64,000 bases of DNA from contig CBFHRA010000003.1 of assembly GCA_965658115.1 (NCBI GenBank), positions 55,617 to 119,616 of the forward strand, in the 5' to 3' direction. The DNA comes from Candidatus Arcticimaribacter sp. (GTDB taxonomy: Bacteria; Bacteroidota; Bacteroidia; Flavobacteriales; Flavobacteriaceae). A program made the translations under genes and the position numbers. Positions 21,270 through 30,447 of the stretch are shown here, one piece after another. Below the pieces are notes generated by a model that worked only from the letters and a program-made list of their open reading frames with translations, was not told the origin of the DNA and ran no database searches. Position 1 is the first letter of the stretch; each line of letters opens with the position of its first letter.

Positions 21270-22213
21270 TCAAAGATTTGTGCGTCGCCTACTTTTACCC
21301 GAAAAGGTTTACACCAGTAAAGAAGGTATTTATAGTCCATTAACCCAATTGAGGCAGGTAGAGTGTAGCTGTGTGCCCCAGAAAAAACACTAACGGCCCC
21401 TACTTCAAAACCGTCTTCTGGAGAATTAGGGTTGTTAGTCAAATAAAGGTATAAGCCTGGTAAAGAAGAAGATGCGCGATAGCTATCATCTATGCTTAGG
21501 ATAATTTGTGTTCCATTGTGTTCATAACGGAAATTGCCTTCTAAAGTATAGCTTGAGGTCGTGCGAATTTGTCCTTCAAAAAATTGGGGAGCTACGACAA
21601 TTCCACCGTCTCCCCCGTCATTATCATTGTTATTTTCGTTAACTGTATTTGTCGATGTGGTTGTGTCTGTTGTTGAACTGGTTGTATCAGAGGTACTCGT
21701 TGAACTATCTGAAGTAGCTGTTGAGGTATCTGAAGTTGAAGTTGCCGTATCAGACGTACTTGTAGCGGTATCTGTTGTTGCAGTTGAGGTGTCAGAGGTA
21801 GAGGTCGATGTGTCTGTTGTGCTAGTTGTTGTATCTGTGGTTTCAGTTGAAATCTCTGTTACCACTTTGGGACTAATCGTAAAAGATAAAGTAGCTTCAA
21901 TGGGGTTTCCTTGTAATCCTACAGTACTTACAGTGAGCATTACATCGCCAGCACTCAATGCTTTAAGCGTTCCATTGGGTTGGATTTCTACTGCGCTAGG
22001 AGGAACTGCCGACCATTCAAGACTAGGCTGGTCCACCTTTCTCCCAGATTCGTCAAAAAACTGAGCTTCGAATTGATAACTCAAGCCTTCTCTTATGCTA
22101 ATAATAGCGTTAGTGATTCTTAAACTAGGATCAACATAGTCGTCTACAAAGTCTTCTCCAATACAGGCGAGAAATAGCAAACAACAGGTCCAAATGATTA
22201 AAGGGCGTTTCAT
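21266..22213 (-). CDS. DM13-domain lipoprotein with Ig-like (Big_2-like) domain and Thr/Ser-rich linker
   Basis: Lipobox FLAC; WS...AVEIQPNGTLKA..AG Ig motif; C-terminal PGLYLYLT...YTLP..I...Y..LLYWC..F DM13 signature. Confidence 0.8.
   Translation of the reverse strand: MKRPLIIWTCCLLFLACIGEDFVDDYVDPSLRITNAIISIREGLSYQFEAQFFDESGRKVDQPSLEWSAVPPSAVEIQPNGTLKALSAGDVMLTVSTVGLQGNPIEATLSFTISPKVVTEISTETTDTTTSTTDTSTSTSDTSTATTDTATSTSDTATSTSDTSTATSDSSTSTSDTTSSTTDTTTSTNTVNENNNDNDGGDGGIVVAPQFFEGQIRTTSSYTLEGNFRYEHNGTQIILSIDDSYRASSSLPGLYLYLTNNPNSPEDGFEVGAVSVFSGAHSYTLPASIGLMDYKYLLYWCKPFRVKVGDAQIFD
21653..21841 (-). repeat. Nine imperfect 21-nt (7-aa) tandem repeats T-[TS]-D-[TS]-x-x-[SA] in the DM13 linker
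   Basis: TTDTTTS TTDTSTS TSDTSTA TTDTATS TSDTATS TSDTSTA TSDSSTS TSDTTSS TTDTTTS. Confidence 0.9.
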
Positions 22214-22263
22214 GGATAATTGTTTTTGTTATCCAAAAACTGCAAAAACAGTGCCTTATTAAT

Positions 22264-23241
22264 CTATGCGTTTAAAATACGAGCAGCGTCTTTTGCGGTA
22301 TAAGTGGCTATCAATGAAGCTCCAGCACGTTTAAACGCAATGAGTTGCTCATAAACGATGGCGTCATAATCGATCCAGCCTTTCGCGGCTGCAGCTTTTA
22401 ACATCGCATATTCTCCACTCACTTGATAGGCCGCAATGGGGGTTTCAATCTGTTCGGAGAGGTCTCGAATGATGTCTAAATAGGCAATCCCAGGTTTTAC
22501 CATCACGATATCTGCGCCTTCTTCGATATCGAGTAAGGTTTCACTCATGGCTTCTTTGCGGTTGTGAAAATCCATTTGATAGGTTTTCTTGTCCCCAAAG
22601 CCTGGGGCCGAGTCTAAGGCATCGCGAAAAGGCCCATAAAAAGAAGAGGCATATTTAGCGCTATAACTCATGATCCCAGTGTGATGAAAGCCTTCTGCTT
22701 CTAGCAGTTCTCTAATCTGTTCTACCCGACCGTCCATCATATCGCTAGGCGCGACAAAATCAGCTCCTGCTTGGGCGTGAGATAAGGCCATCCTGGCCAA
22801 AACTTCTTTGGTGGGATCATTGAGAATGATGCCCTCTTCTACAATTCCGTCATGTCCATAAGAAGAATAAGGGTCTAAGGCAACATCGGTCATGACCAGC
22901 ATCTCAGGACAGGCTTTTTTTACGGTTTGTATGGCAAGCTGCATCAGGCCTTTTGGATTTAAAGCTTCGGTGCCTTTGTTGTCTTTTAATAGATCTGGCA
23001 CTTTTACAAAAAGCAAAACACTCTTTAAGCCTAAATCCCATAAGGATTTCACTTCCTCAATGACTAAATCTAAACTCATGCGATAATAATCTGGCATAGA
23101 GGGGATTTCTTCTTTGATGTTGCTTCCCTCGACCACAAATAAGGGAACGATAAAATCGTCTATACTAAGGCTTTGCTCGCGTACTAGGCTTCTAACAGCA
23201 GCACTGGTTCTTAATCTTCTATTGCGTTTTAACGGATACAT
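22264..23241 (-). CDS. hemB: Porphobilinogen synthase
   Basis: DVALDPYSSYGHDG (Asp-rich, no Zn-Cys motif), PSDMMDGR, SAKYAS.FYGPFR, MVKPG, YQVSGEY. Confidence 0.97.
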   Translation of the reverse strand: MYPLKRNRRLRTSAAVRSLVREQSLSIDDFIVPLFVVEGSNIKEEIPSMPDYYRMSLDLVIEEVKSLWDLGLKSVLLFVKVPDLLKDNKGTEALNPKGLMQLAIQTVKKACPEMLVMTDVALDPYSSYGHDGIVEEGIILNDPTKEVLARMALSHAQAGADFVAPSDMMDGRVEQIRELLEAEGFHHTGIMSYSAKYASSFYGPFRDALDSAPGFGDKKTYQMDFHNRKEAMSETLLDIEEGADIVMVKPGIAYLDIIRDLSEQIETPIAAYQVSGEYAMLKAAAAKGWIDYDAIVYEQLIAFKRAGASLIATYTAKDAARILNA

Positions 23242-23245
23242 GTCT

Positions 23246-24568
23246 TTATAAGGTTTCTTCTTCTGTAGGGGGGTTGATCTCTGGATTGTTTTCTTCTGGG
23301 GGAAGCGCCGTTGTTTGATCTGGCGGGAGTATATCTTGCTCTTCGGGAAGTATAATTTCTTCAGGGAGTGCAGTTTCTTTTTTCATGGTGCCTCTTGTCA
23401 TGACGAGCATCGAGGCTAGAATGACGACTAAAAGAACTTTTTCGTCGATCAATACTTTGGCTTCGCCTAAAAATTTAACTTCTGCAATTTGAAGAAATAA
23501 AAGGATACTAATCAAGCCGCGAGGCGAAATGAAAACCAAAGGGGAAGGACTTAACTTAAAGGTAGTTACTGTAAAATACACATAACGTAATACCCACATG
23601 ATTCCAAAAATGACCAAGCCATAAACAAAGGGTTCTGTGGAAGTAAAGTCAGTTATTTTAATGGAGAATCCAAAGAAAAGAAAGAAAAAGGTTTTGACTA
23701 AAAAGGTAGATTCAGCCGTTAAAATATGAAACTCGTGTAAGCCTTTTTCGGTTTCTTCTAAGTCAAGGCGCCTTTTTAAAAACCCCGGTAATAAGGCCTT
23801 TACATTGCTTAAAAACAAGCCAAAGATAAAGATGGTAACTAAGGCAGGAAGATGAAAGAATTTCCCAAAGGCATAGACTAAGATAAGTAGGGCTAAAATG
23901 AGGAAGAACTTTACGTGATGTTCAATTTTTTGTAGCAATTGAAACAGACAAAAAGTGATGAACAAAGAGACTATAATGACTCCTAAAATTTGCAACCCTA
24001 AAGCGATAAGGGATTCTGGACTAACCAGAGATTGATTGGTTTCAAACTGCCGAATCGCATAATTAAACAACATGATCCCTAAGATGTCTGAAAAGGTAGA
24101 CTCATAAACCACAAACTCTTTTTCTTGCTGTCTCAATCCTGCACTAGAGGGAATGGCCACCGCACTACTAATAATCGAAAGAGGTGTCGCATATATTATC
24201 GCTGCTTGATGAGACATGCCTAAAAGGTGTTCAAAAGCCAGACTAATCGCGATTACATTAAGGATTAAAATAAGCCCTGCGGCGAGAAATCCTTTGATGA
24301 TCACGGGTAGTTTATCTACTGTAATATTGAGTTCAAGGGCTCCTTCTAACACAATCAGAATTAAACCAATGGTGCCTAAAACAGGAATAAGCCCATCTAA
24401 AAAATCAAAATCATCTATACCGTAAATGGTCGTGGCTAATCGAACGCTGATCCCAGTAAACATCAAGAGAATGACTGCCGGAAATTTTGTTTTCCGTGCG
24501 ATTATATCAAACACATAGGAAAAGATGATCAAGAGCGGTAAGACAATTAATATAGATAAGGTGCTCAT
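23246..24568 (-). CDS. Cation:proton antiporter (CPA1/NhaP-like) membrane protein
   Basis: About 12 TM helices; GLILIVLEGALEL, ISSAVAIPS, ESTFSDILG, FFFLFFG, PRGLISILL. Confidence 0.75.
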   Translation of the reverse strand: MSTLSILIVLPLLIIFSYVFDIIARKTKFPAVILLMFTGISVRLATTIYGIDDFDFLDGLIPVLGTIGLILIVLEGALELNITVDKLPVIIKGFLAAGLILILNVIAISLAFEHLLGMSHQAAIIYATPLSIISSAVAIPSSAGLRQQEKEFVVYESTFSDILGIMLFNYAIRQFETNQSLVSPESLIALGLQILGVIIVSLFITFCLFQLLQKIEHHVKFFLILALLILVYAFGKFFHLPALVTIFIFGLFLSNVKALLPGFLKRRLDLEETEKGLHEFHILTAESTFLVKTFFFLFFGFSIKITDFTSTEPFVYGLVIFGIMWVLRYVYFTVTTFKLSPSPLVFISPRGLISILLFLQIAEVKFLGEAKVLIDEKVLLVVILASMLVMTRGTMKKETALPEEIILPEEQDILPPDQTTALPPEENNPEINPPTEEETL

Positions 24569-24598
24569 CTCTTTGTACTTTTAATCAAGATAAAGAAT

Positions 24599-25507
24599 CT
24601 ATTTTAGTTCGACCCAATTTTTAGGCTGTTTCAATACTTTGATGAGCTCTTCTTCTGGAGAATTTGCTTCGGGTTCATGATTGTATTTCCATTGTACCTG
24701 TGGAGGTAGGCTCATCAAAATACTTTCAATACGGCCATTGGTCTTTAAACCAAACAAGGTTCCTTTATCGTGAACAAGATTAAACTCTACATAACGTCCA
24801 CGACGAATTTCTTGCCAGTTGCGTTGCGCTTCTGTAAAGGGAAGGTCTTTTCTTCTTTCAATAATGGGAAGGTAGGCGGTAAGAAAATGATTGGCCACGT
24901 CAGTCACAAAAGCATACCATTCCTCCATGCTTTTTTGTTGCGGCTTGAGGTAGTCAAAAAACAAGCCTCCTAAACCACGGGCTTCATTGCGATGGGCGTT
25001 CCAGAAATATTCGTCACAGCGTTTTTTATAGGTTGCATAGAAAGAAGGATCATGTCGATCGCAAGCATCTTTACACGTTTGATGAAAGTGTATGGCATCT
25101 TCTTCAAAAAGATAATAGGGGGTTAAATCAAGGCCCCCGCCAAACCATTGATCGGCGATTTCACCATTGGCATCATACAACTCAAAATAGCGCCAGTTAG
25201 CATGTACTGTGGGAGCCAAAGGGTTTTTAGGATGGAGTACTAAGCTTAGACCACAGGCATAAAAAGAAGCCTCACTCACATTAAAATGCGTTTGCATTGT
25301 AGCGGGCAAGGTTCCATGTACCCCAGAAATATTGACGCCTCCTTTTTCAAAAACAGCTCCGTTTTCAATAACGCGAGTGCGGCCACCGCCACCTTCTGGA
25401 CGATCCCAGAGGTCTTCTTGAAAGCTGGCTTGGCCATCTACTTTTTCAATGGCTGCAGTAATGGTGTCTTGTAGGTCACAGATGTACTTGTAAAATTGGG
25501 TGCGCAT
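24599..25507 (-). CDS. hemF: Oxygen-dependent coproporphyrinogen III oxidase
   Basis: FEKGGVN.S.V.G, HP.NP..PTVHAN.RYF, WFGGG.DLTP, RRGRYVEFNL. Confidence 0.97.
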   Translation of the reverse strand: MRTQFYKYICDLQDTITAAIEKVDGQASFQEDLWDRPEGGGGRTRVIENGAVFEKGGVNISGVHGTLPATMQTHFNVSEASFYACGLSLVLHPKNPLAPTVHANWRYFELYDANGEIADQWFGGGLDLTPYYLFEEDAIHFHQTCKDACDRHDPSFYATYKKRCDEYFWNAHRNEARGLGGLFFDYLKPQQKSMEEWYAFVTDVANHFLTAYLPIIERRKDLPFTEAQRNWQEIRRGRYVEFNLVHDKGTLFGLKTNGRIESILMSLPPQVQWKYNHEPEANSPEEELIKVLKQPKNWVELK

Positions 25508-25510
25508 GAT

Positions 25511-26536
25511 TTAAACTTTATATTCTTTTACTGCATCGACAAAAGCCTGGGCGTGATCAACAGGGATATTGGGTAAAATCCCATGACCTAGGTTTACGAT
25601 ATAGCGATCTTTTCCAAAGCCGTCAATCATTTTCTTGACTTCGCTTTTAATGGTGGGGATAGGAGAGAGCAAACGCGAGGGGTCAAAATTTCCTTGTAAG
25701 GTAATTTGACCTCCAGAGAGGTAACGCGCATTGCGGGCAGAACAGGTCCAGTCCACCCCTAGTGCAGAAGCGCCAGATTTTGCCATATCGTGAAGGGCAA
25801 ACCAACAGCCTTTCCCAAAGACAATCACGGGGATATCGTCTTTTAAAGCCGTAACGATTTGCTGGATATAAGGCCAAGAGAAGATATTGTAATCCTCTGG
25901 AGAAAGTAATCCTCCCCAAGAGTCAAAGAGTTGAACGGCATCAACTCCCGCAGCTACTTTAGCCTTTAGATAATCGATGGTAGTATCTGTAATCATTTGC
26001 AATAGGCGGTGCGCTAATTCGGGTTGACTAAAGCAAAAGGCTTTTGCTATGTCAAAGTTTTTTGAGCCTTGCCCTTGAACGGCATAACACAACAAGGTCC
26101 AGGGAGAACCCGCAAAACCGATTAAAGGAACGCGGTCGTTCAAGGCTTGTTTGGTCATTTTGACCGCATCGATTACATAGCCTAAAGCGACTTCAGCATC
26201 GGGGACAATAACTTCGTTGAGTTCTTTTTCTGAACGAATGGGAGTAGGAATCCATGGCCCCACCTCTGGTTTCATTTCTACTTCAATATTCATGGCTTGA
26301 AGGACCACTAAAATATCGCTAAAGAGAATAGCGGCATCTGTCCCCACTTGATCAATGGGCATGATGGTGATTTCAGTCGCTAGTTCTGGGGTTTGACAGC
26401 GGGTAAAGAAATCATACTTTGCCTTGAGTTTCATGAAATCTGGAAGGTATCTACCTGCTTGACGCATCATCCATACCGGTGGTCGTTCAACCGTTTCTCC
26501 TTTTAAAGCGCGTAAAAATAAATCGTTTTGTATCAT
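25511..26536 (-). CDS. hemE: Uroporphyrinogen decarboxylase
   Basis: [34 protein letters not shown]. Confidence 0.97.
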   Translation of the reverse strand: MIQNDLFLRALKGETVERPPVWMMRQAGRYLPDFMKLKAKYDFFTRCQTPELATEITIMPIDQVGTDAAILFSDILVVLQAMNIEVEMKPEVGPWIPTPIRSEKELNEVIVPDAEVALGYVIDAVKMTKQALNDRVPLIGFAGSPWTLLCYAVQGQGSKNFDIAKAFCFSQPELAHRLLQMITDTTIDYLKAKVAAGVDAVQLFDSWGGLLSPEDYNIFSWPYIQQIVTALKDDIPVIVFGKGCWFALHDMAKSGASALGVDWTCSARNARYLSGGQITLQGNFDPSRLLSPIPTIKSEVKKMIDGFGKDRYIVNLGHGILPNIPVDHAQAFVDAVKEYKV

Positions 26537-27192
26537 GCTAGTGTTGTGGTGTATTTTCTTACAGCGGCAATTAAATGCTCAATGGTGGGCTGGCTCGCTG
26601 TGATAATGTTATCGGTATGTTGTTGTAGGCATTTCGCCGTTGTTTCCCCTAGTGCAAAACTAGTAGTTTGCGTTAGATTATTGTTTTGTAAATAGCTTTC
26701 GACGCCAGAAGGGCTGTAAAAAAGGACAGCGTCATAATCCCCCATGGCTTTGGGTTGTGCGATAGTCGTGTAGGTCTCAATAACTTCTAAAGCCTTTTTT
26801 TCTTGTTTAAAAGCGGCTTCAATATTTGGCATTCTGCGGTTTCCGGTAAAAAACAAAAATGACTCGTTTTTAGCGTTTTTTAGGATAAAATCAGCTAAAA
26901 TAGACGAATTTTGAGCCATTTTTATCACTTTTTGACCATTTCCTTCTAATAGTTTTTGGGTTTTTTCTCCCACACAATAGCAATTATTTGCGCTATCGCG
27001 GAATTGGTGAAGGACTGCTTTAACCGCATTTTGAGAACTAAAGATGAGCGACTTATTGTTTAGGTCGGCTTCAAAATCTTTAGGGACAGTTGATATAAAG
27101 TCCCAACAGCTATAGCTCACGCCTGTTTGGATCAATCTGTTTTGCTGTTCAACAGGCAAACATTTAGTCGATAAAAGTCTAATGTTATGCAT
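26533..27192 (-). CDS. hemD: Uroporphyrinogen-III synthase
   Basis: [26 protein letters not shown]; located between hemC and hemE. Confidence 0.88.
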   Translation of the reverse strand: MHNIRLLSTKCLPVEQQNRLIQTGVSYSCWDFISTVPKDFEADLNNKSLIFSSQNAVKAVLHQFRDSANNCYCVGEKTQKLLEGNGQKVIKMAQNSSILADFILKNAKNESFLFFTGNRRMPNIEAAFKQEKKALEVIETYTTIAQPKAMGDYDAVLFYSPSGVESYLQNNNLTQTTSFALGETTAKCLQQHTDNIITASQPTIEHLIAAVRKYTTTLA

Positions 27193-28099
27193 GCCCTTTT
27201 TTGAATTCTTTCATCAATAGGTCTCCCCCTTGTTGGAGTAATGCTTTGGCGAGTATCGCCCCCATTTTATCTGCCTCTTTTTTAGGGAAACTCTTTTTGA
27301 TTTCTTGCGGATTGCTCCCTTCTAAAGAATATAGTCCTCCACTAAAATGGACGGTATCCTTTTCGCAATAAGCATATGCTCCTATGGGTGCGGTACAGCC
27401 TCCCTCTAGGGTACTTAAAAAATCGCGTTCAACCTGAGTGCAAATCTCTGCTTCACGGTCATTGAGTAAAGTGAGTTGCTGAGCGATATCTTCGTTTTCT
27501 AACCGGCACACTACCATTAAAGCCCCTTGTGCTGGAGCGGGTAACAGTTGGGTGAGCGGTTCAATGATTTCGTCTTTAATGTCTAATCGATGCAGTGCGG
27601 CTTCGGCAAAAATGGCGCCATCCCAATCTTCTTCTTGCAGTTTTTTAAGGCGGGTTTGAATATTTCCTCTCAAGGGAACAATTTTGTCTTGGGGGTTTTC
27701 CGCCATCCATTGCGCCTTTCTTCTAAGACTGCCAGTGGCGATGGTCTTTGTCGCTTTGGCTTTAGCCATATTATTCTTCCACACCATGATATCTCCCACT
27801 GCGCCTCTTTCTAAAACAGCGGCTTGAACAATCCCTTTTGGCAATTGTGTAGGCACGTCTTTCATGCTGTGAATGGCGATATCGATGTCTTTATTGAGCA
27901 GTGCAATATCCAGGGTTTTAGTAAAAATTCCTGTAATTCCCATGGCATATAAGGGTTGTTCTAAATTGAGATCTCCCTGACTTTTTATGGGAACTAGTTC
28001 TGCAGTGATGCCTAATTCTAACAAGCGTTCTTGCAAGGTTTTTGCTTGCCAAAGGGCCAATGCGCTATCGCGTGTGCCTATGCGCAAAACCCTATTCAT
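27185..28099 (-). CDS. hemC: Hydroxymethylbilane synthase
   Basis: IGTRDS.LALWQA, HSMKDVP, LRGNIQTRL, LEGGCTAPIG. Confidence 0.96.
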   Translation of the reverse strand: MNRVLRIGTRDSALALWQAKTLQERLLELGITAELVPIKSQGDLNLEQPLYAMGITGIFTKTLDIALLNKDIDIAIHSMKDVPTQLPKGIVQAAVLERGAVGDIMVWKNNMAKAKATKTIATGSLRRKAQWMAENPQDKIVPLRGNIQTRLKKLQEEDWDGAIFAEAALHRLDIKDEIIEPLTQLLPAPAQGALMVVCRLENEDIAQQLTLLNDREAEICTQVERDFLSTLEGGCTAPIGAYAYCEKDTVHFSGGLYSLEGSNPQEIKKSFPKKEADKMGAILAKALLQQGGDLLMKEFKKGHA

Positions 28100-29339
28100 G
28101 ATGCGAAGGATCTAATTGAAAAACGTCTTTAAAAATGTTTAAGGCGTCGCTGGCTTTCGCTGGGTTCTCTTTTAAGAAATTAGCGAGTTGTCCTGTGATT
28201 TTCTGGATCATTTGATCAGACACTAGGGTCGCTTCTTCTGGCAGGTTTTGTTTGCGTTCGCGGGCTTTAATTTCAGCAGTTTGTTGTGCCGTTAGTTTTG
28301 CTTTTAAAGCGCGCAGGGTAGGGGCATATTGACGGTCGTGTAACCACTGTGAAAACTCAGCCTCAATTTCACGAAGAATTTCTTCTGCATGGGGCAAGTG
28401 CTTTTTGCGCTCTTCTAGTGTTTTGTTGGTAATCTGCGAAAGGGTGTCGAGGTTAACTACTTTTACATGCTCCAAGTTTTTCACATTTTCATGTACATTG
28501 CTGGGGATGGATAAATCCAAAATTAGCAAGGGTTTCTCGGTATGTATAATGTCTTTTGCAACAGTAGGAAGCTGTGCGCCAGTGGCGACAATCATTACGT
28601 CTGCCTTGCGAATTTCTGTGGGTAATTCGCCGTATTCTTTGACCAGGACATTAAATTTTCCTGCGATATTTTTCGCCTTTTCGTGGGTGCGATTGATCAA
28701 AACAATATGATCATTTTCGGTATGCTTGATGAGGTTCTCACAAGTATTTCTCCCTATTTTACCAGTCCCAAACAGCAAAATATTCTTGTCTGAAACTGCC
28801 TCAATATTCTGAATGATATATTGCACCGATGCAAAAGCGACCGAAGTCGCTCCAGTCGAAATCTTAGTTTCGGTTTTAATGCGTTTACTCGCTTGAATAA
28901 CTGCATTGACTAGGCGTTCTGAAAAGCCATTGACTAGGCCTAATTTTTTTGAACGATAAAAACCTTGCTTTAATTGACCGATGATTTCAAAGTCTCCTAA
29001 AATTTGCGAGTCCAATCCTGTTCCTACTTTAAAGATGTGATGAATGGCTTCTTCGTTCTTTAGGATAAATCCCAGTTGTTCAAAAACACTTAACTCTCCC
29101 CCAGAATGAGCACAAAGTAATTTGATGATTTGATAAGGATGTTCTGCATAGGCATAGATTTCTGTCCTGTTGCAGGTGGTGTTGATTAAGATTTCTTTGA
29201 TGCCTTTTTCCTTGGCTTCCTTGAGAAGGCTTAAACATTGCTCATTGCTCAAACTAAATTGCCCCCTTGTACTAAGGTCAGCAGTTTTATAGCTTATCCC
29301 AATGGTATAAAAATGGTGTGTAGTAGAATCTACCTTCAT
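28092..29339 (-). CDS. hemA: Glutamyl-tRNA reductase
   Basis: TCNRTE active site, GLDSQILGD.EI.GQ, GTGKIG, INRT, DLSIP. Confidence 0.96.
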   Translation of the reverse strand: MKVDSTTHHFYTIGISYKTADLSTRGQFSLSNEQCLSLLKEAKEKGIKEILINTTCNRTEIYAYAEHPYQIIKLLCAHSGGELSVFEQLGFILKNEEAIHHIFKVGTGLDSQILGDFEIIGQLKQGFYRSKKLGLVNGFSERLVNAVIQASKRIKTETKISTGATSVAFASVQYIIQNIEAVSDKNILLFGTGKIGRNTCENLIKHTENDHIVLINRTHEKAKNIAGKFNVLVKEYGELPTEIRKADVMIVATGAQLPTVAKDIIHTEKPLLILDLSIPSNVHENVKNLEHVKVVNLDTLSQITNKTLEERKKHLPHAEEILREIEAEFSQWLHDRQYAPTLRALKAKLTAQQTAEIKARERKQNLPEEATLVSDQMIQKITGQLANFLKENPAKASDALNIFKDVFQLDPSHHE

Positions 29340-29360
29340 GTATCAAATCTAAATCCGCTA

Positions 29361-29368
29361 CAAAAATA
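29361..29368 (-). promoter_or_regulatory. -7 promoter element (TATTTTTG) for the hemA operon
   Basis: TAnnTTTG on the minus strand, 21 nt upstream of hemA ATG. Confidence 0.6.
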
Positions 29369-29384
29369 AAGGACACTAGAGAAA

Positions 29385-29420
29385 AAAAATAACGCTAAAA
29401 GTAGAGAAAGTAACGCAAAG
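29385..29420. promoter_or_regulatory. Candidate AraC-type operator (TAACGC half-sites 21 bp apart)
   Basis: AAAAATAACGCTAAAAGT at 29385-29402 and TAACGCAAAG at 29411-29420; the 18-mer recurs with one mismatch at 29522-29539. Confidence 0.45.
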
Positions 29421-29424
29421 CGAT

Positions 29425-29432
29425 TAATTTTG
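29425..29432 (+). promoter_or_regulatory. -7 promoter element (TAATTTTG) for araC-hemH operon
   Basis: Exact TAnnTTTG match upstream of the araC gene. Confidence 0.5.
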
Positions 29433-29477
29433 ATTAAATTCAACAAAAACAAGTGTTTAAGTTGGCTTATACAAGCC

Positions 29478-29498
29478 TATTAAGAACTGTTCTAAATA
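29478..29498. promoter_or_regulatory. Putative Fur box (flavobacterial type)
   Basis: Near-perfect palindrome TATTAAGAAC-T-GTTCTAAATA, resembling the ATTTAGAAnnnTTCTAAAT type as I recall it for Flavobacteriaceae Fur. Confidence 0.65.
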
Positions 29499-29515
29499 AG
29501 TAAACCTCCTTTTCG

Positions 29516-30400
29516 ATGGATAAAAATAACGATAAAAGTTTAGCAAAGCTAACCGAGATTGAAGAAGGCTTTTTTGTGATGCGTTTTCAAAATGAAAGTA
29601 CAGCGGTTATTCGTGAAACCCGAGAGATGAGCAGCAGTTTTATTCAGTTTCATTTCTGTACAAAAGGCCGCGGAGATTTTCTTTTTAACGATGGGAATTA
29701 CAGCTTTCCGGTAGAAGAAGAAAACAATATCTTGTTGTTTAATCCCCAGCGGGATTTACCCATGGATTTAAACTTAGCCCCTAACGCATGGCTGGTGAGT
29801 GTGGTTATTTCTATCAAGAAGTTTCACAGTTTGTTTTCACAAGACGCCGACCATATCCACTTTTTGAGTCCAGATAATTTAACTAAAAAGTACTATGATA
29901 CTTCAATTATTACCCCCAGTATGGCGGTGGTGTTGAGCCAGATTTTAAGTGCGAATGTTCACCCTTCTATGCAGGCCCTTTATCTCAAAGGGAAGGTGTA
30001 TGAATTGCTAAGTCTTTATTTTAACAAAAGTGAGGATGCGAACAGTGAACAATGTCCATTTTTAGTCGACGAGGAAAATGTGCGTAAGATTAGGCAAGCC
30101 AAAGAAATCATTTTAACCCATATGGCAGAACCCCCTTCTTTGCAAGCCTTATCCGATGAAATTGAGCTAAGCCTTAGCAAGTTAAAAGAAGGCTTTAAGC
30201 AGCTTTATGGGGATACGGTTTATGGCTATTTATTGTCACATAAAATGGAAGAGGCAAGACGAATGCTTGAATCGGGGAAATACAACGTCAACGAGGTAGG
30301 CTTAAAGATTGGCTATTCTACCGCAAGTCATTTTATCGCGGCTTTCAAAAAGAAATATGGCACCACCCCAAAAAAATACCTACTATCCTTATCTTCGTAA
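29516..30400 (+). CDS. AraC-family transcriptional regulator
   Basis: C-terminal double HTH: PPSL..L...I.LS..KLK.GFK..YG.TVYGY...GY...SHF..AFKK.YG.TP. Confidence 0.93.
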   Translation: MDKNNDKSLAKLTEIEEGFFVMRFQNESTAVIRETREMSSSFIQFHFCTKGRGDFLFNDGNYSFPVEEENNILLFNPQRDLPMDLNLAPNAWLVSVVISIKKFHSLFSQDADHIHFLSPDNLTKKYYDTSIITPSMAVVLSQILSANVHPSMQALYLKGKVYELLSLYFNKSEDANSEQCPFLVDEENVRKIRQAKEIILTHMAEPPSLQALSDEIELSLSKLKEGFKQLYGDTVYGYLLSHKMEEARRMLESGKYNVNEVGLKIGYSTASHFIAAFKKKYGTTPKKYLLSLSS

Positions 30401-30447
30401 AAAAATTGCCGGCGGAGCTTTCCACCATAAAAGAAAAGAAAAAGTAT

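Noticed and set aside
21653-21841. Possible CRISPR array or VNTR island
   Set aside because: Repeats are in-frame, degenerate and lack unique spacers; no cas genes in the window
21561-22064. 167-aa Val/Ser/Glu-rich plus-strand ORF
   Set aside because: Antisense shadow of the Thr/Ser/Asp repeat linker of the DM13 gene; no independent coding signal
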